Below are positions 57,344-64,000 of a DNA stretch of 64,000 nt, piece after piece (the stretch's first letter is position 1; each line of letters starts with the position of its first letter). The translations under genes were made by a program, and so were the position numbers. Source of the DNA: Candidatus Tepidifontimicrobium thermophilum (GTDB lineage: Bacteria; Sysuimicrobiota; Sysuimicrobiia; Sysuimicrobiales; Sysuimicrobiaceae). The notes under the pieces were generated by a model. The model saw nothing but the letters and a program-made list of their open reading frames with translations. It made no database searches and was not told the DNA's origin. The stretch is from the NCBI GenBank assembly GCA_031459915.1, contig JAVKHO010000003.1, positions 122,594 through 186,593 on the forward strand, given 5' to 3'.

Positions 57344-58210
57344 ATGGCTTCGTACGCACGGCCGGACGTTTTGGTGGAGACAGACTGGCTGGCGCAGCGC
57401 CTGGGTGACCCGGGTCTGCGGATCGTGGAGTCCAACGAGGATCCGGAGCTGTACGCGCAGGGGCACATCCCGGGCGCGATCCACATCCGGTGGAAGACCG
57501 ACCTGCAGGACCCCGTGCGCCGGGACTGGGTTTCCCGGGAGCAACTGGAGGACCTGCTGGGGGCGCGGGGCATCGGCAACGCGCACACCATCATCCTGTA
57601 CGGCGACCGGAACAACTGGTTCGCCACCTACACCTTCTGGCTGTTGCAGTACTACGGAGTGGAGAACCTGAAGATCCTGAACGGGGGTCGGCAGAAGTGG
57701 ATCGCGGAGGGCCGCCCCCTGACCACGGAGGTGCCGCAGTACCCACCTGCCCCCTTCCGGGCGAAGGACCCGGATCCCGCCCTGCGAGCGTTCCGGGACG
57801 AGATCCTCCAGCGCTTGCAGGATCCGGCGCTCGCCCTGGTGGACGTCCGCTCCCCGCAGGAATACCGCGGTGAGCTGATCGCGCCGCCCGGGTACCCACA
57901 GGAGGGGGCGCAGCGGCCCGGACACATCCCGCGTGCCGTGAACATTCCCTGGACCCACAACGTCCGGGAGGACGGGACCTTCAAGTCCGCGGAAGAACTG
58001 CGGGCGCTGTACGAGTCGGTGGGGATCACCCCGGACAGGGAGGTGGTCGCGTACTGCCGGATCGGGGAGCGCAGCAGCCTCACCTGGTTTACCTTGAAGG
58101 TCCTGCTGGGTTACCCGAACGTGAAGAACTACGACGGCAGCTGGACCGAGTGGGGCAGCCTCGTGGGCGTCCCCGTGGAGCGCGCTGCAGCGGGCGAGGC
58201 CCAGCCGTAG
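57344..58210 (+). CDS. Tandem-domain rhodanese/thiosulfate sulfurtransferase (CysA2/SseA-like)
   Basis: YARPDVLVETDWL, GHIPGA, DVRSPQEY, YCRIGERSS, YDGSWTEW. Confidence 0.93.
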   Translation: MASYARPDVLVETDWLAQRLGDPGLRIVESNEDPELYAQGHIPGAIHIRWKTDLQDPVRRDWVSREQLEDLLGARGIGNAHTIILYGDRNNWFATYTFWLLQYYGVENLKILNGGRQKWIAEGRPLTTEVPQYPPAPFRAKDPDPALRAFRDEILQRLQDPALALVDVRSPQEYRGELIAPPGYPQEGAQRPGHIPRAVNIPWTHNVREDGTFKSAEELRALYESVGITPDREVVAYCRIGERSSLTWFTLKVLLGYPNVKNYDGSWTEWGSLVGVPVERAAAGEAQP

Positions 58211-58213
58211 GGG

Positions 58214-58666
58214 GTGAAGGGGTTGCAGCGGGTGGACCACAACGCGCTACGGACCAACCAAGCCTGCATCGTGGGCTTCACGGTGCTCGCGTTCCTTCTG
58301 GACCGGTTGTGGCTCGTGGCCGCGGTGGCCCTGGTGCTGCTCGTGGGGACTGCGCATCCACGCCTGGCCCTGTTCCAGCAGGTCTACCATCGGTGGCTGA
58401 AGGGGCGGGTCCTGAAACCGGACGAGCGGGAGGACGACCCTGCGCCTCACCGCTTCGCTCAGGGCATGGGTGGGAGCGTGCTGCTGCTGGCCGCTGTGAG
58501 TCTGTGGGGCGGGTACACGATCCTGGGTTGGTTGCTGGCGTGGCTGGTGGCGGTTCTGGCCGCGGTCAACCTGCTGGCTGGCTTCTGCACAGGGTGCTTT
58601 GTCTTCTACCAGCTCACCCGCCTCGGGGTGATCCGCCGGGGAGGTCCCGCGCACGGAGGGCCGTGA
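58214..58666 (+). CDS. DUF4395 family membrane protein
   Basis: EDDPAPHRFAQGMG, AAVNLLAGFCTGC. Confidence 0.85.
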   Translation: MKGLQRVDHNALRTNQACIVGFTVLAFLLDRLWLVAAVALVLLVGTAHPRLALFQQVYHRWLKGRVLKPDEREDDPAPHRFAQGMGGSVLLLAAVSLWGGYTILGWLLAWLVAVLAAVNLLAGFCTGCFVFYQLTRLGVIRRGGPAHGGP

Positions 58667-59091
58667 TGGAACGGGCGCTGGTGGTCCTGCTGGTGGGCGC
58701 GGCGGTGGCCGCGGGAGCGGCATGGCTACGGTGGCGGGAACGCCGTGTCCGGGCACACGTGCACGTGCCCGGAGGGCCCGCGGTGATCGCCTTCACCCAC
58801 CGGCTGTGCGCGCCGTGTCGTAGCCAGCAGCTCCCGGCCTTAAAGCGCCTGCAGGAGCTCGTAGACTCCCACGTGCGGGTGGAGGTGGTGGACGTGGAGC
58901 GTGACCCGCACCTCGCCCGCCGGTTCGGGGTCTTTACGGTTCCCTCTACCGTAGTGGTCGGGCCGGACGGACGGGTGGTGGCGTTCAACCACGGCTTCGC
59001 GGACGAGGCCAGGCTCCTGCGGCAGCTGGGCCGGACGGGCCCGGAGGGGGTGCCCGACCTTCTTCGGAATCCCGGCCCGGAGGTCACATGA
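58666..59091 (+). CDS. Membrane-anchored thioredoxin-like protein
   Basis: N-terminal TM, FTHRLCAPC, GVFTVPST. Confidence 0.85.
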   Translation: MERALVVLLVGAAVAAGAAWLRWRERRVRAHVHVPGGPAVIAFTHRLCAPCRSQQLPALKRLQELVDSHVRVEVVDVERDPHLARRFGVFTVPSTVVVGPDGRVVAFNHGFADEARLLRQLGRTGPEGVPDLLRNPGPEVT

Positions 59092-59488
59092 CCTGCCGCA
59101 CCTGGTTCCCGGAGTAGCCCACCAGGACCACGAATGCCGCACCGAGAGCCGAGAGGACGAGGATCCACCCGCGCGCGCGGGGCGACTTCCACCGGACCGC
59201 TAGGTTCGCCGCGTACAGGGCGGTAGTGACGTAGGCGAGCGTGCTGTGGACGGTGTGGCGGGCCAGGAAGGCGCTGCCCACCCCCTCCCGCTGGAGGCGG
59301 GCGAAGTCGTAGAAGGCCGTGGCCAGCACCACGGGTGCCGCCAGCAGGCCCAGAGCGACCAGCCAGGTGCCCGTGGACCGGTACAGTTCCGTGGGTCTGC
59401 GCCAGTACAGGACGTCGAACAGCAAGGCGGTGATCCACAGGGCGATGGGGAAGTCGGTAACGGGCGCGTGGAACAGGTAGCCGACCAT
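59084..59488 (-). CDS. DUF2231-like membrane protein
   Basis: HAPVTDFPIALW, H..LA, VGYSG; GGAGGAG RBS. Confidence 0.75.
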   Translation of the reverse strand: MVGYLFHAPVTDFPIALWITALLFDVLYWRRPTELYRSTGTWLVALGLLAAPVVLATAFYDFARLQREGVGSAFLARHTVHSTLAYVTTALYAANLAVRWKSPRARGWILVLSALGAAFVVLVGYSGNQVRQVM

Positions 59489-59648
59489 AGCTCCTCCTGC
59501 GTGGGTGCTGGGGAAACTCTTTCGCCGTGCCCCGCCTCGGACCCCTGCCCGCCGCGTTGTACCGGGCGGGGGCCTTGTGTAGAATGCGGGCGAACGGCAC
59601 CACAGGCCTGCAAGGTACGCGGCACCGGAAAGCCGCTCCGGAGGGGAG

Positions 59649-61085
59649 ATGGAGGCCAAGGCGTGGGTCCGGGAGATCCCCCGAAAGCAGGACAACCTGT
59701 CCGACTGGTATACCGCGGTCCTGCTGAAGGCGGAAATGGTGGACTACTCGCCGGTCCGGGGCTGCATGGTCATCCGGCCCTACGGCTGGGCCGTCTGGGA
59801 GGCTATCCAGCGGTGGCTCGATGCGGAGTTCCGGCGTACGGGCCATCAGACCGCGGCCTTCCCCCTGTTCGTGCCCGAGTCCCTGCTGCGCCGGGAGGCG
59901 GAGCACGTCCAGGGGTTTGCCCCGCAGGTGGCGTGGGTCACCCAAGGGGGAGATGAGGAGCTCGCAGAGCGCCTGGCCGTCCGGCCCACCTCCGAGGCCA
60001 TCATCATGCCCATGTACGCCCGGTGGATCCGCTCGTACCGCGACCTGCCCGTCCTCATCCTGCAGTGGTGCAGCGTGGTGCGGTGGGAGAAGGCCACCCG
60101 ACCGTTCCTGCGCACCACGGAGTTCTTCTGGCACGAGGGGCACACCGCCCACCGCACCGCGGAGGAGGCGGATGCGGAGTGCCGGCTCATCCTGGACATC
60201 TACCGGCGCCTGCTGGAGGAGCAGCTGGCGATGCCGGTCCTGGTGGGCCGCAAGCCCGCCAGCGAGAAGTTCGCCGGCGCGGACTGGACCTATACCCTGG
60301 AGGCCCTCATGCCGGACGGACAGGCCATCCAGGCGGGTACGTCCCACTTCCTCGGCCAGAACTTCGCCCGCGCCTTCGAGGTGAAGTTCCTCGACCGGGA
60401 CAACACGGAGAAGTACGTGTGGACCACCTCCTGGGCGGTCACCACGCGGCTGGTGGGCGCCCTGGTGATGGCCCACGGGGACGACCGGGGTCTGTTCCTG
60501 CCGCCCCGGGTGGCGCCCGTCCAGGTGGTCGTGGTACCGGTGCGTGCGGAACGGGAGCCCGCGGTGCTGGACCGAGCCCGCAGGATCACGGCGCAACTTG
60601 GGGAGCGGTTCCGGGTCAAGCTGGACGACCGGGAGGAGTACACACCTGGGTGGAAGTTCAACGAGTGGGAGATGCGGGGGGTACCCCTGCGGGTGGAGCT
60701 GGGACCCCGGGACCTGCAGCAGGGCCAAGCGGTGTTGGTCCCCCGGGACGCGGAAGGGGCTCGGCAGGCGGTCCCGCTGGACGCCGTGGTGGAGCGAGTG
60801 GGTGCAGAGCTGGAGGCCATCCAGTCCCGTATGCTGGACCGCGCCCGAAAGTACCTGGCGGACCACACGGTCCGGGCCCGCGAGTACGGGGAGGCGGTGG
60901 AGCTGATCCGCCAGCGCCGGGGCTTCGTGGGGGTGCTGTGGTGCGGGCAGAGCTCCTGCGAGGATCGGCTGCGGGGGGAAACGGGAGGCTCTCCCCGCGT
61001 GATCCCGGAGGAGGCGGTGGAGGGAAGCTGCCTGGTATGCGGAAGACCGGCCACCGCCCTGGTGTACTTCGCTCGCGCATACTGA
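59649..61085 (+). CDS. proS: Proline--tRNA ligase (eukaryote/archaeal-like form)
   Basis: YSPVRGC, RPTSE, FLRTTEFFWHEGH, QAGTSHFLGQNF, C-terminal FARAY. Confidence 0.95.
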   Translation: MEAKAWVREIPRKQDNLSDWYTAVLLKAEMVDYSPVRGCMVIRPYGWAVWEAIQRWLDAEFRRTGHQTAAFPLFVPESLLRREAEHVQGFAPQVAWVTQGGDEELAERLAVRPTSEAIIMPMYARWIRSYRDLPVLILQWCSVVRWEKATRPFLRTTEFFWHEGHTAHRTAEEADAECRLILDIYRRLLEEQLAMPVLVGRKPASEKFAGADWTYTLEALMPDGQAIQAGTSHFLGQNFARAFEVKFLDRDNTEKYVWTTSWAVTTRLVGALVMAHGDDRGLFLPPRVAPVQVVVVPVRAEREPAVLDRARRITAQLGERFRVKLDDREEYTPGWKFNEWEMRGVPLRVELGPRDLQQGQAVLVPRDAEGARQAVPLDAVVERVGAELEAIQSRMLDRARKYLADHTVRAREYGEAVELIRQRRGFVGVLWCGQSSCEDRLRGETGGSPRVIPEEAVEGSCLVCGRPATALVYFARAY

Positions 61086-61119
61086 ATGGAGAAGCCATCT
61101 CGCTTGGGGGAGGGGAACC

Positions 61120-63096
61120 ATGGTGGCGAACCCTCGGCGCTGGAGGAGGGATCCGGACCCCGCGCCCGGGCCGGCCGGGCGCCTCACCCACCCCTTGGTC
61201 CGCAGGGACGGACGCCTGGTTCGGGCCAGTTGGGAGGAGGCCCTAGACCACGCCGCGGAGGGGTTGCGGCGGATCCGGGAGCGATACGGCGGGCAGGGGT
61301 TCGGGCTTTTCAGCTGCTCCAAGTCCACCAACGAGCTCAACTACCTGGCCGGGAAGTTCGCCCGTCAGGTGATGGGCTCCAACAACGTGGATAGCTGCAA
61401 CCGCACCTGACACGCCCCCAGCGTCGCCGGTCTGGCGGCGGTGTTCGGGGCGGGCGGGGGAACCAACTCCTACCGGGAGATGGAGGAGACGAATCTGATC
61501 CTCCTGTGGGGCTCTAATGCCCGGGAGACCCACCCGGTGATGTTCCTCCACATGCTCAAAGGCGTTCGGAACGGCGCGCGCCTGGTGGTGGTCGATCCCC
61601 GGCGGACCTCCAGCGTGGCATTTGCTCACCGGTGGCTTCCCGTGCGGGTGGGGACGGACATCGCGCTCGCCAACGCCATGGGCCGGTACATCATCCACGA
61701 GGGACTCCTGAACGAGGAGTTCGTCCGGGAAGCTACGGAGGGGTTCGCCCGATACCGGGAGGCGGTGGAGCCCTACACCCTGGAGCGCGCGGAGGCCATC
61801 ACCGGGGTCCCCCGAGAGCTCATCGCGGCCACCGCTCGGGAGTACGCCACGGCTCCCCGGGCCATGATCTGCTGGACGCTGGGCATCACGGAGCACCACA
61901 ATGCGGTGGACACCGTCTTCAGCCTCACCAACCTGGCGCTTCTGACCGGGCACGTGGGCCGGTACGGGTCCGGCCTCAATCCCCTCCGGGGGCAGAATAA
62001 CGTCCAGGGCGGAGGGGACATGGGGGCGCTGCCGAACCGGCTTGTGGGGTTCCAGAACGTGGAAGACCCCGAAGTGCGGGCCCGGTTCGAGCGGGCCTGG
62101 GGTTGCACCATCCCGCCGAAGGCGGGCTGGCACCTGACGGCCATGTACGACGCCATGGAGAAGGGGTTGCTCCGGGGCCTGTACGTGATCGGCGAGAACC
62201 CCGTGTGCTCCGACGCCAACGCCACCCGCATCCTCCGGCTGTTCCAAGAGCTCGAGTTCCTGGTGGTGCAGGACCTTTTCCTCACCCCCACCGCCGAACT
62301 GGCGAACGTAGTGTTCCCTGCGGCAGCGGCCTGGTGTGAATCGGAGGGCACCGTCACCAGTAGCGAGCGGCGGGTGCAGCGGGTGCGCAAGGCCCTGGAT
62401 CCCCCGGGGGAGGCCCGGGACGACCTGTGGATCCTCCAGCAGCTGGCGCGGCGCCTCGGGCGGGAGTGGGATTACCCCGATGCGGAGGCGGTGTGGAACG
62501 AGGTGCGGGAACTTTCGCCGCTGCACCGGGGCATGAGTTACCGGCGCCTGGAGGAGCTCGGCGGGATCCAGTGGCCTTGCCCCACTGAGGACCACCCGGG
62601 CGAGCTGTTCCTGCATGGCCGGCTGTGGAAGCGCCCGGTAGAAGGCCCGCGGGCTCCCTTCGTGCCCACCCACTACGAGCCGCCGGTGGACGAGGTGAAC
62701 GAGGACTATCCGCTTCTTCTGACGACCGGGCGGCGGCTGTACTTCTTCAACACGGGCGTACAGACGGCCCTGTACGGGGCCCCGGTGCCGCAGGAGGAAT
62801 ACCTCGTCCTGCACCCGCGCGACGCCGGCCGGTACGGCATCGCGCACGGGGACCGTGTGCGGGTCTCCTCCCGGAGGGGGTCCGTGGAGGCTACCGCGTG
62901 GGTGGAGTCCACGGTCGCGCCTGGGCTGTGCTTCATGACCCTGCACTTCCCGGAGAAGACTCCCACCAACGTGCTCACCGTGGATGCCGCAGACCCCAAG
63001 TCCGGGACCGCGGAGTTCAAGGCCACCGCGGTCCGGGTGGAGCGGATCCCGAGGGAGCGCGTCCCGGCGGAGGCCACTAGGGAGGGGGCCCCGTGA
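61120..63096 (+). CDS. Selenocysteine-containing Mo/W-bisPGD formate dehydrogenase alpha subunit
   Basis: ORFs 61120-61410 and 61441-63096 are in frame; TGA 61408-61410 lies in DSCNRT-U-HAPSV; PLRGQNNVQG; SECIS-like hairpin follows. Confidence 0.9.
61421..61440 (+). promoter_or_regulatory. Bacterial SECIS element
   Basis: CGTCGCC-GGTCT-GGCGGCG stem about 11 nt after UGA, with the apical GGTCT seen in the fdhF-type SECIS. Confidence 0.75.
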
Positions 63097-63122
63097 GTGC
63101 CATCCCCTTCCGTGGCTGGGGG

Positions 63123-64000
63123 GTGGAGCTCCAGCGGCTGGAGCACGTACCTCCGCCTACCCCTGAAGAGCAGCAGGCCCTGGGGCGCGTCTGGGGCCAC
63201 CTGAGGCCGGAGGAGCGCGTGGGCCGCCGGGACCTCCTCCTTCCCGCCCTGTGGGCCGTGCAGGAGGCCCGGGGCTGGATCTCCTATCCGGCGGCTGCAG
63301 CCATCTGCCGGGAGCTGGGGCTGCCGCTGGCGGACGTGTACGGGGTCGCGAGCTTCTACGCGCTGCTGGCCACCGAGCCGAGGCCGCGGCGGATGATCCA
63401 CCTCTGTGACGACATCGTGTGCATGCTCCGGGGCGCGGAAGCGTTCGCACAGATCCTGCACCGGCATCTCGGGGACCCCCTCGAGGTGCCTGCCCACGGG
63501 GAGACGTACGGCCAGCGCTCCCTCCCGGACGGGACGAAGTCGCCCGAGGGTTCCCTCCCGCGCGTAGGCTGGAGTCGCTCGCCGTGCCTGGGCCAGTGCG
63601 AGCGCGGGGCAGCGGCCCTGGTGGGGGAGAGCATGCTTTTGGGACTCACCCCCGAGTCGTTGGGGGAGCGGGTGCGGGCGTGGTTGCGGGGAGAGGAAGG
63701 GCCGGCTGAGGCCACGCTCCCCCCTACCCACCTGGGCTGGAAGGGGGAGGGGACACCGCTGCTTCTGGCCCGGTGCGGTCGGATCTCCCCCACGTCCTTG
63801 GAGGACTACCGGGCGCTCGGCGGATACCAGGGGCTACAGCGCGCTCTGGCCATCGGGCCGGAGGCCACCATCCAGGAGGTGGAACGCTCCGGACTCATCG
63901 GGCGGGGCGGGGCCGCGTTCCCCACGGGCCGGAAGTGGGCCCTGGCTGCCCGTGAGGCGCCGCCCCGCTACGTGGTGTGCAACGCGGACGAGAGCGAGCC
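63123..64000 (+). CDS. NuoE-NuoF fusion (NADH-binding diaphorase partner of FDH), runs off window edge
   Basis: Manual translation: LLPALWAVQ..GWIS..YGVASFY..CDDIVC..CLGQC, then SGLIGRGGAAFPTGRKW..YVVCNADESE. Confidence 0.88.
   Translation, partial: MELQRLEHVPPPTPEEQQALGRVWGHLRPEERVGRRDLLLPALWAVQEARGWISYPAAAAICRELGLPLADVYGVASFYALLATEPRPRRMIHLCDDIVCMLRGAEAFAQILHRHLGDPLEVPAHGETYGQRSLPDGTKSPEGSLPRVGWSRSPCLGQCERGAAALVGESMLLGLTPESLGERVRAWLRGEEGPAEATLPPTHLGWKGEGTPLLLARCGRISPTSLEDYRALGGYQGLQRALAIGPEATIQEVERSGLIGRGGAAFPTGRKWALAAREAPPRYVVCNADESE

Noticed and set aside
59576..59648. T-box leader before proS
   Set aside because: Leader only about 60 nt with no T-box consensus or terminator
63093..63205. 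GTG at 63093 as start of the NuoE-like gene
   Set aside because: That frame stops after about 36 codons; the NuoE/F frame starts at GTG 63123

Overview
A 64 kb window of very GC-rich (~70%, estimated by eye) bacterial chromosome, densely coding, with no transposase, prophage, CRISPR array, rRNA or tRNA recognised. Gene content suggests a Terrabacteria-type, possibly thermophilic organism (inference only). In order: 5' part of gltB under a ykkC-type (probably ppGpp) riboswitch, back-to-back with an FMN riboswitch and ribD-ribE-ribBA-ribH; a GAF-GAF kinase/ANTAR regulator pair; an interrupted Kelch gene; an orphan cellulose-synthase-like GT2 with two PilZ-like domains; a Zur-ZnuACB operon carrying a DsrE-like gene; H+-pyrophosphatase; EndoQ, RlmI-like, tmk-darA-holB, nfo; ddl-dapF-HAD-apgM-plsC; nitrite assimilation (nirA-Rieske, FNT) divergent from a sulfate assimilation/siroheme operon; a rhodanese-DUF4395-thioredoxin operon; proS; a selenocysteine formate dehydrogenase and a NuoE-NuoF fusion. 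The most striking unannotated signal is a pair of short leader ORFs sharing PRxCICPxR, each between a good sigma70-type promoter and a sulfur-metabolism operon and each followed by a hairpin: a candidate cysteine-sensing attenuation system. The same operon encodes a sulfite reductase fused to a ubiquitin-like sulfur carrier ending GG-AC. Product calls come from motif recognition by eye; no database search was run.
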